Below are positions 49,800-59,161 of a stretch of 64,000 nucleotides of DNA, piece by piece. The DNA comes from a virus. Location: the IMG/VR virus record IMGVR_UViG_3300044568_003939. One strand, written 5' to 3'. The first letter of the stretch is position 1. Each line of letters begins with the position of its first letter. A program made the translations under genes and the position numbers. The notes beneath the pieces were generated by a model, which searched no databases, was not told where the DNA came from, and was given only the letters and a program-made list of their open reading frames with translations.

Positions 49800-50315
49800 A
49801 TGAATACAGCAACAAACAGACAAGATGGACATATGAAAAAACAAGCCGCGCACCGTTGGCAACAAATAAAAGAATTGTGGGACTGTGGTAAAAATGTTGA
49901 AGAAGATGTTAGCACCGATATGCATATGATGCATCAGTATTATGGAGTCAACGATGCAGTTGAAAACTTATCAGCTGATAATCTAACCAGCTTTATCAAA
50001 TTCCGTTATGACTTTTTGCAAGAAGAAGTAAATGAAGGCAAGGCTGCAATCATTGAGCGCAACAGCGAAGAAATTGTTGACAGCCTGATAGATATTATTG
50101 TTGTAGCGGCTGGTACACTAGACTTGCTTCAAGTTGATTTTCAAAAAGCCTGGTTTGAAGTGCTGCAAGCAAACATGGCTAAGCGCGTTGGAATTAAAGA
50201 GAGCAGACCAAACCCACTTTCATTACCAGATTTAGTCAAACCCGAAAATTGGACCGCTCCAGATCATACAGGCAATCATGGACTTATCCAAAAAGCATTT
50301 GCTGATCACGCATGA
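49800..50315 (+). CDS. MazG/PRA-PH-like all-alpha NTP pyrophosphohydrolase
   Basis: FLQEEVNE, EEIVDSLID, V..ANMAK, DLVKPENW.AP. Confidence 0.75.
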   Translation: MNTATNRQDGHMKKQAAHRWQQIKELWDCGKNVEEDVSTDMHMMHQYYGVNDAVENLSADNLTSFIKFRYDFLQEEVNEGKAAIIERNSEEIVDSLIDIIVVAAGTLDLLQVDFQKAWFEVLQANMAKRVGIKESRPNPLSLPDLVKPENWTAPDHTGNHGLIQKAFADHA

Positions 50316-51253
50316 AGTATAGTCTGACCATCTTTAAAAGTATCTATGACAACAAGACACACCGTCAATTGTCATTTAATACATGGGACGCATTTGAAAG
50401 ATTGCTATACAAGTTGAGCGATCAACCTGGATACAAGCCGAAGAAGGATGAGCGTAAAGATGGCAGTGCACTTATTAGTCCAGCGATATTTACGGCTGGC
50501 ACTACTCGAGCAAATGCTAATGTAACAGCGTGGGCTGGTTGGGCGGCACTTGATGTTGACACATATGAAGGCCATTGGATGGATGCAATAAGTGTATTTA
50601 GAGATGTGCGATATGTATGTTACAGCTCTGCCAGCTCAACAGACGAGCATCCAAAGTTTAGAGTGGTATTGCCTCTTACATGTGAAGTGCCGGCGGATCG
50701 CATACGTCACCTTTGGTATGCTTTAAATAAAGAGTATAATGGATTGGGTGATCCTCAAACCAAAGACTTAAGCCGAATGTATTATGTGCCAGCGCTTTAT
50801 CCAAACTCTAAAAAGTTTATCTTTAGTAATCGTGAAGCACCAATGATTGATCCTTATGAGATTATGGCAAAGCATCCATGGACTGGTAACCTTCAGCGCC
50901 TATCATTGTCTGATAAACTACCTGAAGAAATGCGTCGTAAGATTGAGCAATACCGCAAAGAAAAGTTAATCAACACATCATACAAGTGGACTTCATATGC
51001 CGATTGCCCATTTGTCAACAAGCGAATGGTTGCAGAGTATCGTACCATCCAAGCTGGCGGCTGGTATCATATGATGTATAAGATTATGATGAGTATTGCC
51101 GCAAATGCAATGAAGCGAGGTTATCCTATTACATCAGCTGAAGTTGCACGCCTGTGTAAAGATATAGACAATGATACTGGCGGCTGGTATAAGAACCGAC
51201 CAATGGAAAATGAAAGTGCGAGAGCAATTGATTTTGCTGTAAGAAGCTTATAA
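50312..51253 (+). CDS. primase-like (AEP/PrimPol-type) protein
   Basis: LISPA.F, R...NV, ALDVD, YSSASS...PKFRVVLPL, DPQTKD.SRMYY.P. Confidence 0.65.
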   Translation: MKYSLTIFKSIYDNKTHRQLSFNTWDAFERLLYKLSDQPGYKPKKDERKDGSALISPAIFTAGTTRANANVTAWAGWAALDVDTYEGHWMDAISVFRDVRYVCYSSASSTDEHPKFRVVLPLTCEVPADRIRHLWYALNKEYNGLGDPQTKDLSRMYYVPALYPNSKKFIFSNREAPMIDPYEIMAKHPWTGNLQRLSLSDKLPEEMRRKIEQYRKEKLINTSYKWTSYADCPFVNKRMVAEYRTIQAGGWYHMMYKIMMSIAANAMKRGYPITSAEVARLCKDIDNDTGGWYKNRPMENESARAIDFAVRSL

Positions 51254-51261
51254 ATAAATGT

Positions 51262-51498
51262 ATGGCTAAAAAAAATATTATTACCGATCCTGATGTTGCA
51301 GAAGAAACTGTAGAAGTTGCAACTGACAAACCAACCGCTGTCAAGGCTGCTAAAACTCCTGCTGTCAAAACTGCTAAAACCGCAGCTCCTTCTCCTTCTC
51401 CTGAAGTTCCAGTAAAGCCTAAACTTTCAGCTGCTCAAATCAAGGCTTTACTGAAGGACTATAGTAAAGTTACGCTCAAGGCCCGTGGAATCATCTGA
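51262..51498 (+). CDS. small Lys/Ala/Pro-rich late protein
   Basis: Late promoter at 51249; AVK(A/T)AKT repeats. Confidence 0.55.
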   Translation: MAKKNIITDPDVAEETVEVATDKPTAVKAAKTPAVKTAKTAAPSPSPEVPVKPKLSAAQIKALLKDYSKVTLKARGII

Positions 51499-51514
51499 TT
51501 CTCCTAAAACTGCC

Positions 51515-51559
51515 AAAAATCCTCGGAATCTGCAAAATCTTGTAGACCGAGGATTTTTT
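51515..51559 (+). terminator. rho-independent terminator
   Basis: aaaaatcctcgg...ccgaggatttttt. Confidence 0.7.
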
Positions 51560-51680
51560 ATGCCTCCGTAACTGGTTGAAAATCAACAAAAATGCAAAAA
51601 TATGCATTTTTACTGAAAAAAGTCCTTTACAAGTGGGATTTTTTAGTGTATAATAATCTTGTAAGGCAAACCACCACATT

Positions 51681-51881
51681 ATGAAAAATACTTCCACTCC
51701 TGCTCTCGCCGCCCGTAAGAATCTGATCGCCCAAATCGCTAAGCGCCACGCGGCTGAAGCCGAATTTGTCAAAAGCGTTGCAGTCAAGGAAAGCACCGAT
51801 ACTGAAAGCGAATATCAAAGCGTCATTACCGAAGAATTTGACCGCCTTCAAAAAGCAAGCATCAACACCGCTGGTTTTTAA
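51681..51881 (+). CDS. early hypothetical protein
   Basis: First ORF after a promoter cassette. Confidence 0.65.
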   Translation: MKNTSTPALAARKNLIAQIAKRHAAEAEFVKSVAVKESTDTESEYQSVITEEFDRLQKASINTAGF

Positions 51882-51882
51882 T

Positions 51883-52017
51883 ATGAAAAAGAACAAAAGC
51901 CTCACCTTTGACTATAGCCCAATTGCACTGCGTTCGTTAGTTCGCCACAAAATTGCTCCAGCCACCGTTTACTTTAAAGACAGAAAAAAAGAAGGCTCAA
52001 AGAAAGCCTGCCGATAA
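51883..52017 (+). CDS. small basic hypothetical protein
   Basis: Tightly packed in the operon (ATG 51883). Confidence 0.5.
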   Translation: MKKNKSLTFDYSPIALRSLVRHKIAPATVYFKDRKKEGSKKACR

Positions 52018-52027
52018 AAAATACATT

Positions 52028-52213
52028 ATGAAAATTGCACTACTTACAGCCATTGCTTCACTCTCGCACATTGGCGTTTATCTTCTCGTTCGTCAAGCTG
52101 ACATTATTCCTCAAGAGTTGAATGTGTATGCATTGTGGGGCGCTCTTGCTCTCACCTTTGCTTTCAGTTTTACTGCCACTCTAAATCAAGCCGTGGTTAA
52201 CGGCAACCGCTAA
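52028..52213 (+). CDS. small membrane protein
   Basis: ACATTATG start context; two hydrophobic segments. Confidence 0.55.
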   Translation: MKIALLTAIASLSHIGVYLLVRQADIIPQELNVYALWGALALTFAFSFTATLNQAVVNGNR

Positions 52214-52230
52214 TCTCAACACACTATATT

Positions 52231-52563
52231 ATGACCGAAGATACCAACCAATTGTTTGATGCCTATATTGACCAAAAATTTGGAGGACGCTTTCGCACCG
52301 AAGGATGCACTGGTGTTCGCAACCTTGAGCAGCTATGTGAAGGCCTAGGCTATCGCCATGGACAGTTTATTGGCCAACATTATATTGCCAACTTCCTTGC
52401 AGACAACCCAGGTGCAGTTGAGCTTCTTTTTGAGTTTATCCAAAATGGAGTTGAACAAAGTGAGGAATGGCGAGAGAACCTTGACCTTGAGAGTTACTCA
52501 GAAGATGCCGTGCCGAGGATCGAATTTTCCGTAGATGATGATTGCATGAGCGCCGCTCAATAA
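52231..52563 (+). CDS. hypothetical protein
   Basis: EG..GV.NLE.L...LGY...FL.DNPGA.E motif; operon packing. Confidence 0.65.
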   Translation: MTEDTNQLFDAYIDQKFGGRFRTEGCTGVRNLEQLCEGLGYRHGQFIGQHYIANFLADNPGAVELLFEFIQNGVEQSEEWRENLDLESYSEDAVPRIEFSVDDDCMSAAQ

Positions 52564-52567
52564 CATT

Positions 52568-53752
52568 ATGAAAATTTTAAACAACATTTCAGTATTTGGA
52601 GACCCATTGCAAAATGCAGTGGATCAAATGGACAACTGCTTGTGCAAAGGTGCACATGCTGCTGCGCTGATGGCTGACCATCACTTAGGCTATGCTGTTC
52701 CTGTGGGCGGTGTGATTGCTTATCGTGACCACATCTCGCCAAGCGGCGTAGGTTTTGACATTGGCTGCGGCAACAAAGCAGTGCTAACCAACGCTACTCT
52801 TTCTGATGTGAAGGGTGATATTTCACGCATCATGGATGAAGTGGTGTCAAAAGTCTCGTTTGGTATTGGTCGTGTAAACAAAACCAAAGTTGACCATGCA
52901 CTGTTTGATGCTGATCAGTGGGATGACATTGAAATGCTGCGTCCTCTTAAAGATATGGCTCGCGGTCAATTAGGCACCGTAGGCAGTGGCAACCATTATG
53001 TTGACATCTTTGCAGACGAAGCAGAGCGTATCTGGATTGGCGTTCACTTTGGCAGCCGCGGTCTTGGTCACAAAATTGCTTCGCACTACATCAAAGCTGG
53101 TGGTGGGACTGACGGAATCCTTGTGGATCCAGTGTTGCTTGATGTGCATACCGATCTTGGTCGTGAGTATATCGCTGCAATGCAACTTGCTGGCGATTAT
53201 GCATATGCTGGTCGTGATTGGGTGTGTGCCGAAGTTGCACGTATCCTGTGGGCTGACATCATTGATGAAGTTCACAATCACCACAATTATGCTTGGCGTG
53301 AACAGCACGCTGGTGTTGACTTATGGGTTGTTCGCAAAGGTGCAACGCCAGCTTGGCCAGGGCAACGAGGATTTGTTGGCGGTACCATGGGAGAAAACAG
53401 TGTTATCTTGCAAGGAGCGCAAAGCGACTTGTCGGCGGCCGCACTCTATTCAACCGTTCATGGTGCTGGTCGTGTTATGAGCCGCACTGAAGCCGCCGGC
53501 AAATGCAAATGGAAAGGTGGGCAAAAAGTTCGTGTCAGTGAAGGTAAAGTTTCACAGCACATGATGGACACTTGGCTAGCCGATGCAAATGTTGAGCTGC
53601 GTGGTGGAGGCTGTGATGAAAGTCCTCATGCTTACAAACGATTGACCGATGTGTTGGCTGCTCAAGGAGATACTGTGCAAATCATACATCAGCTTAAGCC
53701 GTTAGGCGTTGCTATGGCAGGTGCCGATGTGTATGATCCTTACAAGGACTAA
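52568..53752 (+). CDS. rtcB: RtcB RNA 2',3'-cyclic phosphate/3'-phosphate ligase
   Basis: MADHH.GY..PVGG, GFDIGCG, GT.GSGNH, H.GSRG, HNHHN, VRKGAT, HGAGR, DESP.AYK. Confidence 0.95.
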   Translation: MKILNNISVFGDPLQNAVDQMDNCLCKGAHAAALMADHHLGYAVPVGGVIAYRDHISPSGVGFDIGCGNKAVLTNATLSDVKGDISRIMDEVVSKVSFGIGRVNKTKVDHALFDADQWDDIEMLRPLKDMARGQLGTVGSGNHYVDIFADEAERIWIGVHFGSRGLGHKIASHYIKAGGGTDGILVDPVLLDVHTDLGREYIAAMQLAGDYAYAGRDWVCAEVARILWADIIDEVHNHHNYAWREQHAGVDLWVVRKGATPAWPGQRGFVGGTMGENSVILQGAQSDLSAAALYSTVHGAGRVMSRTEAAGKCKWKGGQKVRVSEGKVSQHMMDTWLADANVELRGGGCDESPHAYKRLTDVLAAQGDTVQIIHQLKPLGVAMAGADVYDPYKD

Positions 53753-53788
53753 ACTGTTTGAAAAATAAACCGCTTAATATATAATACT

Positions 53789-54493
53789 ATGGGACTGTTC
53801 GACTATATACATTGTGAATATCCGCTGCCATCATGCCCACAGGCATTGATTGATCGCTGGGGCAAAACTGTTGGAGACATTGCGTTTCAAACTAAAGATA
53901 CACCAAATCAAGGGATGGCTTCATACACCATTACTGCAGATGGGTGCTTATTGGTTAACTGTAAGGAATATGAATGGGTAGACACTCCTGAAAATAAAGA
54001 AGATGATGCAACACCATTGCAGGCATTTTGGAATCTCGGCTACAATAAAGTTGTTCGCGAATGGACAGAACAGTGTCTTCACTTTAACGGAGTGGTTCAT
54101 TTTTATGACAGTTATCCTCATGCTGATAAAAAAACTGGTGATGACTATCAACAAGATATGTTTGCGGATGGTTGGGTTGAATATAAATCATTGTTTCAAA
54201 ATGGGCAACTGATTCAAATTTCGCAGAGCGAACATACACTACCAGTCAAATATACACAACAGGAAATTGAGGATCGCCGTACCGCGAGAGAAGCGGCCAT
54301 GGCTGAAAATCGCGCGCGATGTCATGAAATGCGTCATAAAAATCCAAATGCTGAGCAGCGTCTTATTGACAACATCGAAGCAGTACTGATTGAAGATCAA
54401 CCCGTTTTTGGCATTGAAGATCTTGCAATCAAACTATCTAAAACTCAAACTCTCATAAATGAATATAGAAAAAAATATGACCACTGGTACTGA
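53789..54493 (+). CDS. hypothetical protein
   Basis: MGLFDYI.C.YPLP...FQTKD motif typical of phage hypotheticals. Confidence 0.65.
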   Translation: MGLFDYIHCEYPLPSCPQALIDRWGKTVGDIAFQTKDTPNQGMASYTITADGCLLVNCKEYEWVDTPENKEDDATPLQAFWNLGYNKVVREWTEQCLHFNGVVHFYDSYPHADKKTGDDYQQDMFADGWVEYKSLFQNGQLIQISQSEHTLPVKYTQQEIEDRRTAREAAMAENRARCHEMRHKNPNAEQRLIDNIEAVLIEDQPVFGIEDLAIKLSKTQTLINEYRKKYDHWY

Positions 54494-54644
54494 AGAAACA
54501 ACTAAACAAGAATTGTATACTTTCCGAGGCAAAACTTTTTATAGTGATGCTCGGACTATTAAACAATTAAATTATGCACTTGCATTGAACAGATTAACTG
54601 AAAGATATGAAAAAGTTAACACAAGAACAGATAGCGAAGATTGA
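54477..54644 (+). CDS. hypothetical protein
   Basis: Operon packing. Confidence 0.4.
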   Translation: MTTGTEETTKQELYTFRGKTFYSDARTIKQLNYALALNRLTERYEKVNTRTDSED

Positions 54645-54822
54645 AACTGCGCGCAGCGCAATAAGCGATTTAAACAAACTTCAAGAAACCGTATACTCTA
54701 CTCTATGTGAAGAGTGTGATCTTGATGAAGACAACTCATGGCTTTTTGATTACATTTTTAATAGCTATGAACACGAAGATTCTTATTCTCAAATGGTAAA
54801 GGAAAACCTTTATGGCAAGTAA
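54607..54822 (+). CDS. hypothetical protein
   Basis: Operon packing. Confidence 0.55.
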   Translation: MKKLTQEQIAKIETARSAISDLNKLQETVYSTLCEECDLDEDNSWLFDYIFNSYEHEDSYSQMVKENLYGK

Positions 54823-55018
54823 GAATGATATAACAGGTGCTGAAATTAAGAGCGGCATTCTCAGTAGTGAAGGGCGTTCCAATTGGGATAAAGCTTTCAG
54901 TAAGAAAAGCGTAGCCGACTGGTTACACTATGAGGAAAATGTGACAGTGATTGTTGCAAGCGATATTCCAATATCATATAAGGAATTTTGTGAGCTATTA
55001 AATAAAAACACAATATGA
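54812..55018 (+). CDS. hypothetical protein
   Basis: MASKNDITG..I.S...NWD..F motif common in T4-like phages. Confidence 0.6.
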   Translation: MASKNDITGAEIKSGILSSEGRSNWDKAFSKKSVADWLHYEENVTVIVASDIPISYKEFCELLNKNTI

Positions 55019-55206
55019 ATTTAGAAAACGAAAAAAAGACACTTAAAGAATGGAAACGTGAATATGGTTTGGCCGATCAAGATGTATTGACCAATCCATT
55101 GCTTGAGGAAATTGAATCGCCAACCAGTGAAAAAATGACGCGTGAATTCTTTGAGCAGGTATACAATATATTTGGTACACAAGCAAATGGCTCTTACCTC
55201 ATATAA
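55015..55206 (+). CDS. hypothetical protein
   Basis: Operon packing. Confidence 0.5.
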   Translation: MNLENEKKTLKEWKREYGLADQDVLTNPLLEEIESPTSEKMTREFFEQVYNIFGTQANGSYLI

Positions 55207-55591
55207 CCTTTTTCTTGACGACTTGCGCAATCCTGAGGCCGCATATCTTTATGATGACAAATGCAAGCTGACGGACAAGAGTGGCATAGCAGCTGACAAT
55301 TGGGTAGTTGTTCGCGACTATTCAGAATTTTGTTTGATGGTCAAACATATGATTCCGAAGACAGTGTCATTTGACCATGACCTGCATGAAGAACACATCA
55401 TTCATTACTTTAGCGTCACACAGCAAACTGGAGTTATTGAATATGGCAATCTTAAGAACCTGACTGGTCGCGCATGTGCTCAATACTTAGTGCAACAATG
55501 TGAAGCTGCTGGTGTGCAGTTACCAAAGTGTTATATTCACAGTGCTAACGAATGGGGTCGTAAAGAAATTGCAAAAGCATTAACAGAATGA
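55187..55591 (+). CDS. cyclic-phosphate-processing receiver-domain protein
   Basis: LFLDDLRNP, W.VVR.Y.EF, SFDHDL, TG..CA.YL, IHSAN..G. Confidence 0.75.
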   Translation: MALTSYNLFLDDLRNPEAAYLYDDKCKLTDKSGIAADNWVVVRDYSEFCLMVKHMIPKTVSFDHDLHEEHIIHYFSVTQQTGVIEYGNLKNLTGRACAQYLVQQCEAAGVQLPKCYIHSANEWGRKEIAKALTE

Positions 55592-55857
55592 AAGAGGAAA
55601 CGGTATATCTATACAAACATAAACCATCAGGCCGCTATGCGTGCACGCATGTCGATGCTTTAGGAGGAGTACATTTTGTTTATTCGAGTGTTCTTCCACA
55701 CACCTCTTATTTTTATACTAATGATAGAATGTGTAAAGCTGATCTGCTTGATAGCGTTGACAGTAATGGAGACCGCTATGCACTAGAGAATTTTCTTGAA
55801 TTCACATTGTGTAAGTATCGTTTAGAATATCAGCTTATATCTGAAGATGGGAATTGA
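55588..55857 (+). CDS. hypothetical protein
   Basis: Operon packing. Confidence 0.5.
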   Translation: MKEETVYLYKHKPSGRYACTHVDALGGVHFVYSSVLPHTSYFYTNDRMCKADLLDSVDSNGDRYALENFLEFTLCKYRLEYQLISEDGN

Positions 55858-56119
55858 AACATATACATTAAAATTGACAGCTGAACAATGCAAGAGCATG
55901 ATTCCCGAAGGATCATATTGCTATACGCGTGATGCTGCTGGCAAGATGCAACTGTGTCCTTTTTGGGATCGTGACCCTACCAAGCCAACCCAAGAAAATG
56001 GCTATTGTGCCTATTTAAAATGCGGAGATTGGGAAGGACCGGGTCTTGGACTACTGTGGGATCAATGCAAAGAATGCGGCGTCAACGAATACCAACAAGA
56101 TTACCTAGACGAATTTTAA
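55847..56119 (+). CDS. Cys-rich putative zinc-binding protein
   Basis: IPEG.YCY, CPFW, GYCAYL, LWDQCKECGVN. Confidence 0.6.
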   Translation: MGIETYTLKLTAEQCKSMIPEGSYCYTRDAAGKMQLCPFWDRDPTKPTQENGYCAYLKCGDWEGPGLGLLWDQCKECGVNEYQQDYLDEF

Positions 56120-56277
56120 TGAAGAGAGCATGGCGTGTATGGTGTAAAACCATGGGCAATAAGATTAGTAATGACAGCGGTGAAGCAGATGCTGCAGCAG
56201 CTATCAGATCATTCTTTTGGATTATAAATCTAATCACCTGCGGTTTTATTATAGCAAACGCAATACATCATTGGTAA
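56119..56277 (+). CDS. small membrane protein
   Basis: WRVWCK..G.K...EAD..A.IR...IT..FIIAN..HHW motif. Confidence 0.55.
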   Translation: MKRAWRVWCKTMGNKISNDSGEADAAAAIRSFFWIINLITCGFIIANAIHHW

Positions 56278-56279
56278 AA

Positions 56280-56498
56280 ATGGACAACATTATACAAAAA
56301 ACACTATTAGAGAAATACCCAATCATTATGGGTCGCAAGTATACAAGTTGGGGATTAACTGATCGCCATTGTGAAGCTCAACTTGTGTCTGCTGATATTG
56401 AAGGCGCTGGTGATTTCATATTAAGAGATGGATCGTGGGAATGGCGCGGTGGATTTAAAGAGTTTATACATCATTGGGATATTACAACAACATTATGA
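56280..56498 (+). CDS. hypothetical protein
   Basis: Operon packing. Confidence 0.45.
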   Translation: MDNIIQKTLLEKYPIIMGRKYTSWGLTDRHCEAQLVSADIEGAGDFILRDGSWEWRGGFKEFIHHWDITTTL

Positions 56499-57028
56499 TT
56501 AAGAATATATTTTGGGACATTGATGAATGCTTAATGCATACATCGTTTAATGCAGATTTTGAGGGCCATCACTTTATGTTTACACTTGATGGCGACCGTC
56601 ACAAGTACCACACAAAGGTGCGCCCAGCTGCTGCATCTCTTATTGAGTATAGTCGAGAGTTATTAGGGCATGAGAATGTTTATATTCTTACAGCTAGTAC
56701 TCGAGATTATGCTAGTAAAATATCAGAGCTAGCTGGATGGAACTTTGATGATAGTCATATTCTTACGCGTGAAACGTTGCAACAACATGAGTATCCGTTA
56801 GCATACGGCTCAAGAACAACGCTTCCACATGCGACGCTATCACACGCCCACAATGTACTTATTGACAATCTGCATCCCAGACATAACATCGAAAAGATGA
56901 GACTGATTGGTATTGATAGCAGCCGCTATCATCATGTGCAAGCATACTATGGTATAACCTATCCTGACTGTACATTTGAAAAGGACGTAAAACATTTTCT
57001 AAATACACTACACAATGAAGAATACTAA
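56495..57028 (+). CDS. HAD-superfamily phosphatase (FCP1/NIF-like)
   Basis: WDIDECL (DxD), RP, ILTAST..YA, LIDN. Confidence 0.75.
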   Translation: MIKNIFWDIDECLMHTSFNADFEGHHFMFTLDGDRHKYHTKVRPAAASLIEYSRELLGHENVYILTASTRDYASKISELAGWNFDDSHILTRETLQQHEYPLAYGSRTTLPHATLSHAHNVLIDNLHPRHNIEKMRLIGIDSSRYHHVQAYYGITYPDCTFEKDVKHFLNTLHNEEY

Positions 57029-57434
57029 ACAGGTAATTGTAATGCGCAATGATCTAAATATGCGCAAAGGAAAAATGGTTGCACAAGGAGGTCATGCCAG
57101 CATGGCATTTCTAACTGAGCGTATGCGCAAAGAGCGCTTAGCAGTTACACAAGAATATTGGTTTTGTACCGATACCATTTGGAGTGAAACACATGCCGAT
57201 GAAATTGATCATTGGTTGAAGAATTCTTTCCGAAAGATTGTATGTTATGTTGACAGCGAAGCCGCTCTTGAAGCTGTTCATGCAGCCGCAAAGGCCGCAG
57301 GATTAACCTCACATCTGATAACCGACAACGGTACAACCGAGTTTGGCGGTGTGCCAACAAAAACCTGCATTGCAATTGGTCCTCATTATGATGATCGCTT
57401 CCACGGCGTAACTTCACTACTACCACTCCTATGA
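57015..57434 (+). CDS. pth2: peptidyl-tRNA hydrolase Pth2
   Basis: KQVIVMRNDLNMRKGKMVAQGGHA, KIV, I.DNG.TEF...T.TCIAIGP, LPLL. Confidence 0.9.
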   Translation: MKNTKQVIVMRNDLNMRKGKMVAQGGHASMAFLTERMRKERLAVTQEYWFCTDTIWSETHADEIDHWLKNSFRKIVCYVDSEAALEAVHAAAKAAGLTSHLITDNGTTEFGGVPTKTCIAIGPHYDDRFHGVTSLLPLL

Positions 57435-57889
57435 GCATATTCAACAAATACAGCAAACTGCACGGACTCCCTCTGCCTGGGCAAAAGATTACTTTTAAAG
57501 CTCCAGCGGAATGGGGATATTTTACCAATGTGATTGAAGATGAAAAGACTCTTCTTGTGCCAGGGCAAGAATATACTGTAAGAAAAACCAGCCTCAACAG
57601 CAGCAGCACTTATGTATATCTGGAAGAATTCTGGGTTGAAGGATTGGACGAATATCGCAACAATCAAAAGATGTTTACTATGCAAAGTTTCAGCTGGGAA
57701 AAACCACCAATCAACATGGATGATCTTGTAGGCTTTGATGTGCGTGACTTGACCACTCTGAATCGGGTATACGGTTATGGATTATACATCGATGATGCTG
57801 TCTGGTATGATGGAAGCCCAATGCTTCATATCTCCCATAAAGTATGCGAACTCGCTGATACAGTGACGGCTGTAAAGATAATGCCGTAA
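57431..57889 (+). CDS. hypothetical protein
   Basis: Operon packing. Confidence 0.55.
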   Translation: MSIFNKYSKLHGLPLPGQKITFKAPAEWGYFTNVIEDEKTLLVPGQEYTVRKTSLNSSSTYVYLEEFWVEGLDEYRNNQKMFTMQSFSWEKPPINMDDLVGFDVRDLTTLNRVYGYGLYIDDAVWYDGSPMLHISHKVCELADTVTAVKIMP

Positions 57890-57993
57890 CTCATTGAAAA
57901 TCAACAAAAACACAAAAAAATGCATGCATTTTTTCCTTTACAAGACGCTTTTTTTAGTGTATAATAATCTCGTAAGGCAAACCACTACTGATT

Positions 57994-58077
57994 ATGACCA
58001 ATATGAAATACGACATTGAAGATTCTCCAAATGACTCACCGTGCGGCTGCGAAGATGCACCATGCTGCGGTTGTTAA
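57994..58077 (+). CDS. 27-aa Cys-rich micropeptide (MTNMKYDIEDSPNDSPCGCEDAPCCGC)
   Basis: ATG at the conserved position of the promoter cassette; below the ORF-track cutoff. Confidence 0.55.
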   Translation: MTNMKYDIEDSPNDSPCGCEDAPCCGC

Positions 58078-58096
58078 TCACTAATATAATAAGAGT

Positions 58097-58285
58097 ATGA
58101 AAGAAATCATTTATAACACCCGCGAAGAAGCAGCAGGAGCCTGCAAAGCTTATGTTGAAGCTATGTATGATCTTCGTGAACGCTTAGGCATTTTTGAGAC
58201 ATGTGATGATAGCTGCGTTGAAAGTTACGTTCATGCTAAATGGCGTTGCGAGGATGGAGCAATTGTTGAATATACTCATTGGTAA
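58097..58285 (+). CDS. hypothetical protein
   Basis: Operon packing. Confidence 0.5.
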   Translation: MKEIIYNTREEAAGACKAYVEAMYDLRERLGIFETCDDSCVESYVHAKWRCEDGAIVEYTHW

Positions 58286-58307
58286 GAAACTCTAATACAA
58301 TAAAATT

Positions 58308-58694
58308 ATGACATGGATTGAAATTACATTTTTTATACTACTCCCGTTGACCTTTTCCCTTGGATTCGCCATGGATATGAGTGGTGATTCAACCTCTCCA
58401 GCATGTATTCTTTTACCATTAATGTTTTCAGCGATGTTTGGGTTGATGCCAGCTACGATTGTAGATGCTAATACAGAGACAACCTTTATTAAAGAAGTAC
58501 CTGTAAAAATCCTATCAAATGTTATGATTAATAATAAAATGGTCATCATCACAGATAGTGTTGACGAAATAGTGTTCAGCGAGTATAAAGATATCGTCAA
58601 TATGAATGCTGGTAAAGGTCTAGTCAAAAGATACTATGAGAAAAATGTATACTATGGTTTTAACAGTAAATGGAACGCAATTGAAATAAAATAA
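58308..58694 (+). CDS. membrane protein
   Basis: Two N-terminal hydrophobic segments. Confidence 0.55.
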   Translation: MTWIEITFFILLPLTFSLGFAMDMSGDSTSPACILLPLMFSAMFGLMPATIVDANTETTFIKEVPVKILSNVMINNKMVIITDSVDEIVFSEYKDIVNMNAGKGLVKRYYEKNVYYGFNSKWNAIEIK

Positions 58695-58695
58695 T

Positions 58696-58896
58696 ATGAC
58701 TGAAACACTACATTGTGAAGCAATTAAACTAAAACTTGTTGGCCTTGACGGTAATGCATTCTCACTCATGGGAGCATTTCAAAAAGCAGCTCGGCAGCAA
58801 GGGCGCACAGCTGCTGAAATTAAAGCTGTGTTGGATGATTGCATGAGTGGTGACTATGATCACCTGCTGCAGACTCTAGTAAAGCATACCATTTGA
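58696..58896 (+). CDS. conserved small phage protein
   Basis: LVGLDGNAFSLMG...SGDYDHLL motif. Confidence 0.7.
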   Translation: MTETLHCEAIKLKLVGLDGNAFSLMGAFQKAARQQGRTAAEIKAVLDDCMSGDYDHLLQTLVKHTI

Positions 58897-58900
58897 TAAT

Positions 58901-59146
58901 ATGACCAACAGTGACACAATATTATTACTACACCGAGCCGAAGCGGCAGAACTAAAAGCAGCTGCAGCAGAGGATGCATTGCGCGACATTGCGCTTTTCC
59001 TCAGCTGTGGTGGATATAACGATGTGGGACTTGTAGAATTTGACCCAGTACACTATGCTAAGAAGATCATGGAAACCATCACGCACGATCAAAAGGTTCT
59101 TCTAGAAAAAAGCCACTTCCCAAAAACCGATAGGATTCTCTGCTAA
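58901..59146 (+). CDS. hypothetical protein
   Basis: Operon packing. Confidence 0.5.
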   Translation: MTNSDTILLLHRAEAAELKAAAAEDALRDIALFLSCGGYNDVGLVEFDPVHYAKKIMETITHDQKVLLEKSHFPKTDRILC

Positions 59147-59161
59147 CACAACAATACGATT

